Positions 19,181-29,035 of a stretch of DNA of 64,000 nt are shown here, in pieces (within the stretch, counting starts at the first letter, position 1; the number at the start of each line of letters is the position of its first letter). Source of the stretch: Thermodesulfobacteriota bacterium (GTDB lineage: Bacteria > Desulfobacterota > QYQD01); NCBI GenBank assembly GCA_040754095.1, contig JBFMFO010000007.1, positions 3,121 through 67,120 on the forward strand. The letters run 5' to 3'. The translations under genes and the position numbers were made by a program. The notes beneath the pieces are model-generated. The model was not told the origin of the DNA. It did no database searches and saw only the letters and a list, made by a program, of their open reading frames with translations.

Positions 19181-20206
19181 CTACAAATATTTTTCAATCA
19201 ATATCTCGGCTATCTGCACTGCATTTGTAGCCGCCCCCTTACGGATGTTGTCAGCGACAACCCATATATTAATTCCATTGGCAATCGACTCGTCCTCGCG
19301 AACCCGGCCTACAAAGGTCTCATCACGCCCGGCAGCATATATAGCCAAAGGATACAGATTTTGGGCAGGATCGTCAATTACTACTACACCAGGGGTTTTT
19401 TTCAGAAGCTCTTTGACATTGTCCGCCGTGATCTTTTTTTCCGTCTCGATATTTACAGACTCTGAATGTCCCCAGAAGACAGGTACGCGAACTGTAGTGG
19501 CCGTCACCTGGATGGAATCATCACCCATGATCTTTCTGGTCTCGTTGACCATCTTCATCTCTTCTTTGGTATAGCCGTTGGGCAGGAAAGAGTCGATATG
19601 CGGAAGACAGTTAAAGGCGATCCGGTGCGGATATACCGACCGGGGCATTTCCTTTCCGGCTACATAGGCGCGCACCTGTTCTTCCAGCTCCGCAATAGCC
19701 TTCTGCCCGGTCCCGGATACCGCCTGGTAGGTTGACACTACGATACGTTTAATCCCGGCTGCATCATGGATTGGCTTAAGGGCCACCACCATCTGGATGG
19801 TCGAACAATTTGGATTGGCAATAATGCCTTTTTTCGTGTACAGGCCGACATCGCCGGGATTGACTTCCGGTACCACCAGGGGAACATCCGGGTCCATGCG
19901 AAAGGCGCTTGAGTTATCCACTACTACCGCCCCGGACGCCGCAGCCGCCGGAGCAAATTCTAAACTTCGTGCCGCCCCTGCGGAAAAGAGGGCAATATCT
20001 ATCCCTTTAAAGGAATCCTTGGTCAATTGAGCCACCGCTACCTTGTTCCCCCGGAAAGACAACTCCTTACCCGCGGACCGTTCCGAAGCCAGGAGACGAA
20101 CTTCATCCACCGGGAATTTTCTCTCCTCCAGCACCTTAATCATGCACTGACCAACCGCCCCGGTGGCCCCAGCCACCGCTACGTTGTATTTAGCCTTTTT
20201 GCCCAT
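19181..20206 (-). CDS. asd: aspartate-semialdehyde dehydrogenase
   Basis: GATGAVG, DNSSAFRM, IIANPNCST, DNIRKGAA. Confidence 0.97.
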   Translation of the reverse strand: MGKKAKYNVAVAGATGAVGQCMIKVLEERKFPVDEVRLLASERSAGKELSFRGNKVAVAQLTKDSFKGIDIALFSAGAARSLEFAPAAAASGAVVVDNSSAFRMDPDVPLVVPEVNPGDVGLYTKKGIIANPNCSTIQMVVALKPIHDAAGIKRIVVSTYQAVSGTGQKAIAELEEQVRAYVAGKEMPRSVYPHRIAFNCLPHIDSFLPNGYTKEEMKMVNETRKIMGDDSIQVTATTVRVPVFWGHSESVNIETEKKITADNVKELLKKTPGVVVIDDPAQNLYPLAIYAAGRDETFVGRVREDESIANGINIWVVADNIRKGAATNAVQIAEILIEKYL

Positions 20207-20258
20207 GGTAGTTACTCCTTTATCCTGCTGATCGCTGACTGCTGAGGACTGAACGCAC

Positions 20259-21326
20259 TTATGGCCTCGGCAACGCCGAAATCACCAGATCGCCCACCTC
20301 AGCGGTTGTATAACCCATCTTGCCCGCCGCCAAACTTTTCAGCTTTGTCACGGTCTCCTTAATGCCGACTTCCATAGCCCGTGCCGCCTTCTCTTCGCCC
20401 AGATTATCCGCCATCATCTGCCCGGCCGCTATAGCCGCCAATGGATTAATGACATTCTTCCCGGTATATTTGGGCGCTGAACCGCCGATAGGCTCAAACA
20501 TGGACACGCCGCCGGGATTTATATTCCCGCCCGCGGCGATGCCCATGCCGCCCTGGATCATGGCCCCCAGATCAGTAATTATATCGCCGAACATATTATC
20601 AGTGACAATGACGTCAAACCAATCCGGGTTTTTGACCATCCACATACAGATGGCATCTACGTGGGCGTAATCTGTCTGGATATCCGGATACTCTTTAGCT
20701 ACCTCATGGAAAGTCCGCTCCCATAAATCGAAGGCAAAGGTAAGCACGTTTGTCTTGCCGCACAGGGTCAATTTGCGGCGCTTGTTGCGACGCCGGCAAG
20801 CGTCAAAGGCAAAGCGTATGCAGCGTTCCACGCCTTTCCTGGTATTTATGGATTCCTGTACGGCCACCTCGTCCGGCGTCCCCTTTCTCAGCACCCCGCC
20901 GGCGCCGGCATAAAGCCCCTCCGTATTTTCGCGCACCACCAGGAAATCAATATCCTCCGGTCTCTTATCCTTAAGAGGCGTATCCACACCCGGATAGAGG
21001 ATAACCGGCCTGAGATTTATGTACTGATCTAGGGCAAAACGGAGTTTAAGCAGGATGCCTTTTTCCAGGATGCCGGGCTTGACCCCCGGGTGCCCGATAG
21101 CGCCCAGATAGATGGCCTGAAAGCCTTTTAACTCCTCAATAGCCGTATCCGGCAGGGTCTCGCCGGTACGCAGATAACGCTCTCCACCAAAATCAAACTC
21201 CGTAAAATGGAACGCCATGCCATACAAGTCCCCAGCCGCCTTAAGGACCTTGATCCCTTGGGCAATAACCTCAGGGCCGGTGCCATCCCCCGGAATAACC
21301 GCAATGTTGTAATTTCTAGTTCCCAT
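20259..21326 (-). CDS. leuB: 3-isopropylmalate dehydrogenase
   Basis: IPGDGTGPEV, NLRP, RENTEG, NMFGDIITD, EPIGGSAP. Leu operon context. Confidence 0.93.
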   Translation of the reverse strand: MGTRNYNIAVIPGDGTGPEVIAQGIKVLKAAGDLYGMAFHFTEFDFGGERYLRTGETLPDTAIEELKGFQAIYLGAIGHPGVKPGILEKGILLKLRFALDQYINLRPVILYPGVDTPLKDKRPEDIDFLVVRENTEGLYAGAGGVLRKGTPDEVAVQESINTRKGVERCIRFAFDACRRRNKRRKLTLCGKTNVLTFAFDLWERTFHEVAKEYPDIQTDYAHVDAICMWMVKNPDWFDVIVTDNMFGDIITDLGAMIQGGMGIAAGGNINPGGVSMFEPIGGSAPKYTGKNVINPLAAIAAGQMMADNLGEEKAARAMEVGIKETVTKLKSLAAGKMGYTTAEVGDLVISALPRP

Positions 21327-21387
21327 AATGTCTATCTATCTCCTTTTGATTTAGCTGCAGAGGACACAGCGCGGCAAAGCCGCAACC

Positions 21388-21548
21388 AAATCCGAATATC
21401 GAAATACGAAATCCGAAACAAATCCGAAATCCAAATATCGAATGTTCGAAACGTCCATCAGCAACTCCTCCGATTTTTCGTTTTGGTCATTGCTCTCATT
21501 TGGTCATTTGAGTTTGTTTCGAGTTTCGTGCTTCGGATTTCGAATTTT
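21388..21548. repeat. AAATCCG heptamer-array element (empty PATE target site at TTGA 21508-21511)
   Basis: Near-identical to the 22111, 32927 and 37989 copies. Confidence 0.85.
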
Positions 21549-21576
21549 CAGGATGCGTGTGCTCTGCGGTGAAAAA

Positions 21577-22074
21577 TCAAGCTGTTTTCACCTTCTTCAT
21601 AATATGCGGAATGAGACCGCCATCTCTCAGCAATTCCTGCATAAAGGGAGGAATGGGCTGAGCCGCGAATGAAAGCCCCTTCCCCGCGATAGAGATTTTA
21701 CCCGAAGCCACATCTATCTCCAGGGTATCGCCTTCCTCCGCGGCGTCAACCACTTCCGGACACTCGAAAATTAGAAGTCCCATATTGAATGCGTTCCGGA
21801 AAAAGATGCGGGCAAAGCTCCTGGCCACCACACAGCTCAGGCCGCAACCTTTAAGGGCGATGGGGGCGTGCTCCCGCGAAGACCCGCAGCCGAAGTTTCT
21901 TCCGGCTACTATAATATCACCGGTCTTTACTTTCTGCGCAAACGATGGGTCTGCGTCTTCCATGCAGTGCCTAGCCAATTCTTTAGGATCAAACGTAGTC
22001 AGATGTCTGGCCGGTATAATCACATCAGTGTCAATATTATCGCCGAATTTCCAGACCTTGCCTGTAAGTTTCAT
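21577..22074 (-). CDS. leuD: 3-isopropylmalate dehydratase small subunit
   Basis: DNIDTDVIIP, NFGCGSSREHAP. Confidence 0.96.
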   Translation of the reverse strand: MKLTGKVWKFGDNIDTDVIIPARHLTTFDPKELARHCMEDADPSFAQKVKTGDIIVAGRNFGCGSSREHAPIALKGCGLSCVVARSFARIFFRNAFNMGLLIFECPEVVDAAEEGDTLEIDVASGKISIAGKGLSFAAQPIPPFMQELLRDGGLIPHIMKKVKTA

Positions 22075-22110
22075 TTTTTCTCCTCAACCACGGCGCGGCA
22101 TAGCCGCAAC

Positions 22111-22341
22111 CAAATCCGAATATCGAATGTTCGAAACGTCCATCAGCAACTCCTTCGATTCTTCGTTTTGGTCATTGCTCTCATTTGGTCATTTGAACAT
22201 GCATAGCGAGCGCATTCCCCGCTGCTTGCAGCGGGGTTAGCGAGCGAATATGATGCATTTTACCTTGCATACGGAGATTCCCGCAGCTTGCTGCGGGGAG
22301 CTTCAATTTGTTTTGAATTTCGTGCTTCGGATTTCGAATTT
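22111..22341. repeat. AAATCCG heptamer-array element with nested PATE
   Basis: Same body as the 21388 copy plus a 109-bp insertion. Confidence 0.85.
22197..22305 (+). mobile_element. non-autonomous IS200/IS605-like palindromic element (PATE)
   Basis: Inserted 3' of TTGA and ends ...GGGGAGCTTCA. Two subterminal hairpins CCCGCwGCTTGCwGCGGGG. No target duplication versus the empty site. Confidence 0.8.
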
Positions 22342-22354
22342 TCCATCTCTGTGG

Positions 22355-23632
22355 TTAATCTTTTGGTATTATCCCGAGTTCCTCCGGCCCGCCTATGCGG
22401 CCCAAAACAGCCGATGCCGCGGTTACCGCCGGATTGGCCAGATAGACCTCGCTCTCCGGATGGCCCATACGGCCGACGAAATTCCGGTTAGTTGTGGCTA
22501 TGGCCCGTTCACCCTTAGCCAGAATGCCCATGTGCCCGCCTAAGCAAGGACCACAAGTAGGCGGACTTATGATGCCACCCGCCTCCAGGAAGATATCGAA
22601 AAGCCCTTGATGCATGGCCTGCCGGTAAATCCAGGGCGTAGCCGGAATAACGATCAGGCGTACATGCGGGGCAACCTTCCGCCCTCGAAGAACATGGGCT
22701 GCAATCTCCAGATCCTCCAGACGGCCATTGGTACAAGAACCGATTACCGCCTGATCAATGGACACATCTCCCACCACGGAAATGCCCCTGGTATTTGACG
22801 GCAGGTGCGGGAAAGCTACCTGCGGCTCAATCTTTGAGACGTCATACTCAATAGTCTCGACATACGTGGCATCTTTATCACTGGCATAAAACCGGTGCTT
22901 TCTCTGGCTGCGGCCACGCACGTATGCCTCTGTGGCCTTATCCGGCGCTATGATCCCGTTTTTACCGCCCGCCTCAATGGCCATGTTCGCCATAGTAAAA
23001 CGGTCGGCCATGGGCAGGTTGTCTATGGCTTCTCCGGTAAATTCCATGGCGCGGTATAGGGCGCCATCCACGCCGATCTGGCCGATGGTATATAAGATAA
23101 GGTCCTTGCCACAGACAAAAGGCGAACGGTTACCATAGAAAATGAATTTCATGGACTCAGGAACCTTGAGCCAGACCTTGCCGGTAATCATCGCAGCCGC
23201 CAGATCGGTGCTTCCCACGCCCGTGGCAAAGGCCCCCAGTGCGCCATAGGTGCAGGTATGGCTGTCCGCACCGATAACGATATCCCCGGGCAAAACCAGC
23301 CCTTTTTCCGGCAAAAGGGCGTGCTCAACCCCCATCTCGCCCAGCTCAAAGTAATTCACTATGCCGAACTCCTTGGCAAAATCGCGCAGGATTTTGACCT
23401 GAGTGGCGGCCTTTATATCCTTGTTCGGCACAAAGTGATCGGGAACCAGGGCTACCTTCTCCCGGTCAAATACGGATTTAATCCCGGCTGATCGCACTAT
23501 ATCAATAGCCAGAGGGGCCGTAATGTCATTACCCAGGGCCATATCGATTTGGACCTCAATGAGCTGGCCTGATTTGACCTCAGCCAGTCCCGCCCCCCGG
23601 GCTAATATCTTTTCTGTAATAGTCATACCCAT
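22355..23632 (-). CDS. leuC: 3-isopropylmalate dehydratase large subunit
   Basis: [30 protein letters not shown]. Confidence 0.96.
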   Translation of the reverse strand: MGMTITEKILARGAGLAEVKSGQLIEVQIDMALGNDITAPLAIDIVRSAGIKSVFDREKVALVPDHFVPNKDIKAATQVKILRDFAKEFGIVNYFELGEMGVEHALLPEKGLVLPGDIVIGADSHTCTYGALGAFATGVGSTDLAAAMITGKVWLKVPESMKFIFYGNRSPFVCGKDLILYTIGQIGVDGALYRAMEFTGEAIDNLPMADRFTMANMAIEAGGKNGIIAPDKATEAYVRGRSQRKHRFYASDKDATYVETIEYDVSKIEPQVAFPHLPSNTRGISVVGDVSIDQAVIGSCTNGRLEDLEIAAHVLRGRKVAPHVRLIVIPATPWIYRQAMHQGLFDIFLEAGGIISPPTCGPCLGGHMGILAKGERAIATTNRNFVGRMGHPESEVYLANPAVTAASAVLGRIGGPEELGIIPKD

Positions 23633-23719
23633 ATTCCTATACCGCCTTCCTTTAATAAAAAGGACAGATCAAGTTATGACCTGCCCTTTGTAGCCACTAA
23701 GACACCAAGGCACTAAGAT

Positions 23720-23913
23720 TGATGATTTCGTAAAAAGCCAATTTATACCGCTAACAGCATCCTATGTAGAACGAACTTCCTTGAGTTCGTTGGAAGTCTG
23801 AAAAGGCTATTTTCTGTCATTCCGGCGAAAGCCGGAATCCAGTATTTTCAGATAGTTTAACATTTTCTGGATTCCCGTTTTCATGAGAGTGACGACTTTT
23901 TACGAATTCATTA
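23720..23913. mobile_element. MITE with 18-bp imperfect TIRs and a 4-bp AGAT target duplication
   Basis: TGATGATTTCGTAAAAAG...CTTTTTACGAATTCATTA, flanked by AGAT at 23716-19 and 23914-17. Contains a GTCATTCCGGCGAAAGCCGGAATCCAG palindrome. Confidence 0.75.
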
Positions 23914-23968
23914 AGATTAGAGAATTATACTTTTTTATCCTTTGTGTCTTGGTGCCTTGGTGGCTATA

Positions 23969-25501
23969 TTAATAAAGCACCTTGACCGGATTTCTCTTGA
24001 GATATTCCAGTCTGTTTAAGGCGTTCAAATAGGCCTTGGCGCTGGCTATAATAATGTCTGCATCCGCCCCCTGGCCGATAACAACCTGACCATCTTCCTC
24101 CAGTCGCACGGTAACCTCTCCCTGGGCATCCGTGCCTCCGGTGATGGAGTTCACCGAGAAACGGAGCAGCTTTGCTTTAACCCTGGTTATCTTGGTAATG
24201 GCATTAAAAGTCGCATCGATCGGGCCGACCCCGAAATCAGCCTCCTGCTGAAGCTCCCCGTCAATGTCAATCTGAACTGTAGCCGTAGGAACAGCCTCAG
24301 TCCCGGTAACTACTCCCAGATAGACCAACCGGTACTTATCCTTTCCCCGAAAGATCTCATCCGTAATCAGGGCCTCGATATCGTCATCAAAGACCGTCTT
24401 CTTCTTATCTGACAAGTCCTTAAATCTCTCAAAAACCCGGTCTATGTCGGCTTCTCCCAGCTTATAGCCGAGCTCTTTCAGTTTCTGCTTAAAGGCATGC
24501 CGGCCGGAGTGTTTCCCCATCACCAGGCTGCTCTTGGCCAGGCCAATGGCACAGGGATTCATAATCTCGTAGGTGGTCCGTTCCTTTAGCACACCGTCCT
24601 GATGTATCCCGGCCTCGTGCGCAAAGGCATTCGCCCCCACTATGGCCTTGTTGGGCTGAACGGGTATGCCGGTAATCATGGTAACGAGCCGGCTGGAGGC
24701 ACAGATGTGCTCGGTAACTATATCCGTTTGCACTTTCAGGGCATCCGCCCGCGTCCGGATAGCCATGACCACTTCTTCTAAAGCGGCATTGCCGGCCCTC
24801 TCGCCTATGCCGTTTATGGTCACCTCTACCTGACGCGCCCCATGTGCTATGGCGGACAGGGAATTGGCTACCGCCAGACCAAGATCATTATGACAATGCA
24901 CACTTAACCGGGCCTTCTCTATACCCGGAGTATGCTCCATGACATATTTAATCTTTTGCCCGAATTCATCCGGCACGGCATATCCGACGGTGTCCGGAAA
25001 ATTGAGAACCGTGGCCCCTGCCTTTATCACCGAGGCAAAGACCTTGCAGACAAAGTCCAGGTCGCTACGAGAGGCATCTTCGGCGGAAAACTCCACGCTG
25101 TCCGTAAAACGCCGGGCGTACTTTACAGCCTCTGCCGCCATCTTTAAGATTTCTTCCCGGCTCTTTTTCAGCTTATACTTGAGATGGATATCCGAAGTGG
25201 CAAGAAATATATGGATACATGGGTGCTTAGCTGCTTTAAGGGCCTCTGCAGCCCGGTCGATGTCTTTGGTGTTGGACCGGGCCAGGGCCGCCACCTGAAT
25301 ATTTTTTATCTCCCTGGCCACGGCCTTTACGGCTTCAAAATCACCCCTGGAAGCCACAGGAAATCCCGCCTCTATGATGTCCACATTTAATTTTTCCAGT
25401 TGATGCGCTACGCGCACCTTTTCGCTGATATTCATGCTGGCACCGGGCGATTGCTCACCGTCCCGCAAGGTCGTGTCAAAAATAAAAATCTTATCCTTCA
25501 T
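23969..25501 (-). CDS. leuA: 2-isopropylmalate synthase
   Basis: DTTLRDGEQ, HCHNDLG, GERAGN, HEAGIHQDG and a C-terminal regulatory domain. Confidence 0.97.
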   Translation of the reverse strand: MKDKIFIFDTTLRDGEQSPGASMNISEKVRVAHQLEKLNVDIIEAGFPVASRGDFEAVKAVAREIKNIQVAALARSNTKDIDRAAEALKAAKHPCIHIFLATSDIHLKYKLKKSREEILKMAAEAVKYARRFTDSVEFSAEDASRSDLDFVCKVFASVIKAGATVLNFPDTVGYAVPDEFGQKIKYVMEHTPGIEKARLSVHCHNDLGLAVANSLSAIAHGARQVEVTINGIGERAGNAALEEVVMAIRTRADALKVQTDIVTEHICASSRLVTMITGIPVQPNKAIVGANAFAHEAGIHQDGVLKERTTYEIMNPCAIGLAKSSLVMGKHSGRHAFKQKLKELGYKLGEADIDRVFERFKDLSDKKKTVFDDDIEALITDEIFRGKDKYRLVYLGVVTGTEAVPTATVQIDIDGELQQEADFGVGPIDATFNAITKITRVKAKLLRFSVNSITGGTDAQGEVTVRLEEDGQVVIGQGADADIIIASAKAYLNALNRLEYLKRNPVKVLY

Positions 25502-25757
25502 GATCTTACCGTATTGCCAAAATTAGCTATCAGCCTTCAGATCTCAGTTATTTATTCACCGCAAAGCACGCAAAGTTAGAAAAATCAAAATTAACCTAAC
25601 CTCTTGTAGTTTGCTATTGACCAATGACTAATGACTTTCAGCCATCATCTGCGTTCGAACTGCGAGTCATCCGGTTGTTTGAACATTTCGAACGCCGAAC
25701 GTCCTGACGTCTTCTGTGCTGTCTTCTGAATGTTGCCTCGTGCCCCATCACTATTAT

Positions 25758-26540
25758 CTACCCTGCCTGGTGGGGTTGGCCTTGTTCGGCCAGGAGCTTT
25801 TCTGCTTTCCGGCGGCGGTAAAGGGCTACAAAAAGGACAGGCCCGGAAGCAACATAGAGCGCCGTCAATATAAACAGGGTTATATGGGGCTCCATAGCTA
25901 TAACCATGATGAGCAGGATGGCCGCTACCAGGACATGAAAAGGTTTCCTCTGAAAAAGCTGTGAACTTTTAAGACTATGATAAGGTACCGTGCTGACCAT
26001 AAGATAAGAAAGGATATATATCATTATGAGCACGCCCGGATGTTGAAACGTTCCCGTACTACCTGATAATTCGTGATGCAGTAAAACACTCGTAGCTACC
26101 AGGCCGGCGGCGCTCGGACAGGGAAGGCCGTTAAAATAGCGGCTGTCAATGTTGTTAACCTGGGTGTTAAACCGGGCCAGCCGCAATGCGCACGTTGCCA
26201 CATAAAGAAAGGCCGCCAGCCAACCCAGGCGTCGATAAGGCTGCAACGCCCAGAGAAATGCCAGAATGGCCGGGGCTACACCAAAGGCCACGAGATCCGA
26301 AAGGGAATCATACTCCAGCCCAAACCGGCTGGTTGTTCTGGTCAAACGGGCAATTCTGCCGTCCAGCATGTCAAAGACACAGGAGATAAGAATGGCCACG
26401 GCGGCCGTGTAATAATGGCCTCCAATAGCGGAAATAATGCTATAAAACCCGCTAAACAGGCTGGCCGTCGTAAAAAGATTGGGCAGGATATAGATGCCCC
26501 GTCTCCTCTTATCCCTCTTCTTTTTTCTTCTCCTAATCAT
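25758..26540 (-). CDS. pssA: CDP-diacylglycerol--serine O-phosphatidyltransferase
   Basis: LPNLFT, DGRIAR...FGLEYDSLSDLVAFGVAP, LRLARFN. Confidence 0.95.
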   Translation of the reverse strand: MIRRRKKKRDKRRRGIYILPNLFTTASLFSGFYSIISAIGGHYYTAAVAILISCVFDMLDGRIARLTRTTSRFGLEYDSLSDLVAFGVAPAILAFLWALQPYRRLGWLAAFLYVATCALRLARFNTQVNNIDSRYFNGLPCPSAAGLVATSVLLHHELSGSTGTFQHPGVLIMIYILSYLMVSTVPYHSLKSSQLFQRKPFHVLVAAILLIMVIAMEPHITLFILTALYVASGPVLFVALYRRRKAEKLLAEQGQPHQAG

Positions 26541-27181
26541 GTCAAATACCCCAAAACAGTCTGACCGGCCGTAACGCGCTGGTCTATCTCCACTTCTACC
26601 TGGGCACTTAAAGGTAAATAAACATCAAGGCGCGACCCAAAACGGATCATGCCAAACCGTTGCCCTTTTTGTACCTTATCGCCATTTTCCGCCCAGCAGA
26701 CAATGCGCCGGGCCAGCACACCGGCCACCTGAACGACGACCATACGCCGGTCATCCTCTACCTCGAGAAAAACAGCGTTATTTTCATTCTCGAAACTGGC
26801 CCGTTCCTGATCAGCGGCCAGAAATTGCCCGGCCTGATACCGTATCTCCTTTACCACGCCGTCGTACGGTATGCGATTGACATGGACGTTGAAGATATTC
26901 ATAAAAATACTGATCTTCAAAACCTGTCCATGTAAGAAACGTTCATCGATCACTTTTTCAATCAGTATGACCTTGCCGTCTGCCGGAGAGACCACGGCGC
27001 GCGGATCGTCCGGGACCACTCGTTCCGGATCCCGGAAAAAATACAGGATAAAAATGCCTGCCGCCCAAAAAAATACCGAGACGATAACCCAATTTAACAG
27101 CGCTGCCAGCAGCGCCGTAAGGGTGGCGATAAAAATGAACGGGTAACCTTCTTTGGCCACAGGTATTCCAGGCTGCAACAT
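26537..27181 (-). CDS. psd: phosphatidylserine decarboxylase
   Basis: FFRDPER, SPADG, HVNRIP, GMIRFGSRLD. Confidence 0.95.
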   Translation of the reverse strand: MLQPGIPVAKEGYPFIFIATLTALLAALLNWVIVSVFFWAAGIFILYFFRDPERVVPDDPRAVVSPADGKVILIEKVIDERFLHGQVLKISIFMNIFNVHVNRIPYDGVVKEIRYQAGQFLAADQERASFENENNAVFLEVEDDRRMVVVQVAGVLARRIVCWAENGDKVQKGQRFGMIRFGSRLDVYLPLSAQVEVEIDQRVTAGQTVLGYLT

Positions 27182-27191
27182 CAGCTAATGC

Positions 27192-28193
27192 CTATTTTTT
27201 CTTCTTTTCCTGCAGCCAGCTCATCATGGCCCGCAATCGTTCGCCGACCTCTTCTATCGGATGTTCTGCCTCCCTGCGCCGTAAGGCATTGAATACCGGC
27301 CGGTTGGCATTGTTCTCCAGTATCCAGTCCCGGGCAAAGGCGCCGCTCTGAATCTCCTCAAGGATGCGTTTCATTTCCCTCCGCGTCTCAGCAGTAACGA
27401 TTCTTTTACCGCGGGTCAGGTCGCCATATTCAGCAGTGTCACTGATCGAATAGCGCATGTAGCGGATACCTCCCTTATAAAAGAGGTCAACGATTAATTT
27501 TAACTCGTGCAGACACTCAAAATAGGCAATCTCCGGCTGATAACCGGCCTCGACCAAGGTCTCAAATCCGGCTTTTACGAGTTCTGTTACTCCGCCACAG
27601 AGAACGACCTGCTCCCCAAAAAGATCGGTCTCTGTCTCTTCTTTAAAGGTGGTCTCGATAACGCCAGCCCGCGTGGCCCCGATACCTCTGGCGTAAGCCA
27701 AGGCTGTTTCCATTGCTTTACCGCTGACGTCCTGATGAATAGCCACCAGAGCAGGAACGCCGGCTCCTTTTTCATACTCCGAGCGGACGAGATGTCCCGG
27801 GCCCTTAGGCGCGACCATAACCACATCGATATCCCTGGAAGGCGTAATCTGCCCGTAGTGGATATTAAACCCATGAGAAAAAACCAGGGTTTTCCCCTTC
27901 TTAAGGTGAGGCAGGACATCCTTTTCGTAAAGCATGGCCTGGATGTGGTCCTGGGTTAATATCTGAATAACATCCGCCTCTTTACTGGCCTCGGAAGCGC
28001 TAACCGGTTTAAATCCATGGCTTACCGCCAGATTGTAATTAGCCGAACCCGGCCTTTGCCCCACTATAACGTTAAGCCCGCTATCGCGCAGGTTTTGGGC
28101 CTGGGCGTGCCCCTGGCTGCCATAGCCAATGACGGCTATTTTTTTGTTTTTAAACTTTTTCAGATCCGCATCTTTGTCATAATAAATCCGCAT
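27192..28193 (-). CDS. ilvC: ketol-acid reductoisomerase
   Basis: [26 protein letters not shown]. Confidence 0.97.
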   Translation of the reverse strand: MRIYYDKDADLKKFKNKKIAVIGYGSQGHAQAQNLRDSGLNVIVGQRPGSANYNLAVSHGFKPVSASEASKEADVIQILTQDHIQAMLYEKDVLPHLKKGKTLVFSHGFNIHYGQITPSRDIDVVMVAPKGPGHLVRSEYEKGAGVPALVAIHQDVSGKAMETALAYARGIGATRAGVIETTFKEETETDLFGEQVVLCGGVTELVKAGFETLVEAGYQPEIAYFECLHELKLIVDLFYKGGIRYMRYSISDTAEYGDLTRGKRIVTAETRREMKRILEEIQSGAFARDWILENNANRPVFNALRRREAEHPIEEVGERLRAMMSWLQEKKKK

Positions 28194-28211
28194 CCAACTT
28201 CCTCCCTTATC

Positions 28212-28412
28212 TAGTGTTCATCCGGAAACTAACGTTTCCGGCTTCACGCTTTCAGCGATCAGCTGTCAGCATGTTTGTTATCCGTTATCCGTTATCCGTT
28301 AACCGATATTTTCTTTCGGTAAACGGTCAACAGTGAACGGTGGACCGGCTTCATGCCGATAGCTGAGTGCTGATAGCTCATCCGGAATTTTCGGGTTTTC
28401 GGATGAAAACTA
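28212..28412. mobile_element. MITE of the CATCCGGAAA TIR family
   Basis: TAGTGTTCATCCGGAAA...TTTTCGGATGAAAACTA enclosing TCAGC and CCGTTAT arrays. Confidence 0.7.
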
Positions 28413-28428
28413 ATGACGTTCAGTATAA

Positions 28429-28914
28429 CTACGGCGTCTTTTTGCTGCGTGGCATGGCAATGGTTCCGGTACGGGCCACCTCTTTTATCCCCAGCGGTCT
28501 TAACAATTCCAGTACCGCCCTTATCTTCTTTTCGTCACCGGTGAGTTCAATAGTATATTCCCTCGGGCTGACATCCACAATCTTGCCCCGAAATATATCC
28601 GCCATGCGCAGAACTTCGGCACGAGTATTCCCTTCCGCCTTAACTTTAACTAGAGCCATCTCCCGTTCTACAAAATCCCCTTCACTTACGTCCACTACCT
28701 TGAGCACATTGATCAATTTATTCAACTGCTTGTTGATCTGCTCAATAATTTGTTCATCACCCCGGGTCACTAAAGTTATAAGGGATAACTCCGAGTCCAG
28801 GGTTTCAGCCACGCAAAGGCTCTCGATGTTAAAACCCCGGCCGCTAAAGAGCCCTGCCACTCGCGAAAGAACGCCGGGCTTATTTTCAACCAGAACTGAA
28901 AATGTATGTTTCAT
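28429..28914 (-). CDS. ilvN: acetolactate synthase small subunit
   Basis: [31 protein letters not shown]. Confidence 0.96.
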   Translation of the reverse strand: MKHTFSVLVENKPGVLSRVAGLFSGRGFNIESLCVAETLDSELSLITLVTRGDEQIIEQINKQLNKLINVLKVVDVSEGDFVEREMALVKVKAEGNTRAEVLRMADIFRGKIVDVSPREYTIELTGDEKKIRAVLELLRPLGIKEVARTGTIAMPRSKKTP

Positions 28915-29035
28915 GAGCAATCTCCCGTTGTTAAACTATTCGACCACTAAGACACTAAGATTAGAAATTTATCCTTTCAAAACATCTAAGCGCAGGCCTT
29001 TGTGCCTTTGTGGCTATCTGAACAGTCCCCCGTTC

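Noticed and set aside
25758-27181. pssA-psd inside the ilv-leu operon as a novelty
   Set aside because: This arrangement is common in deltaproteobacteria.
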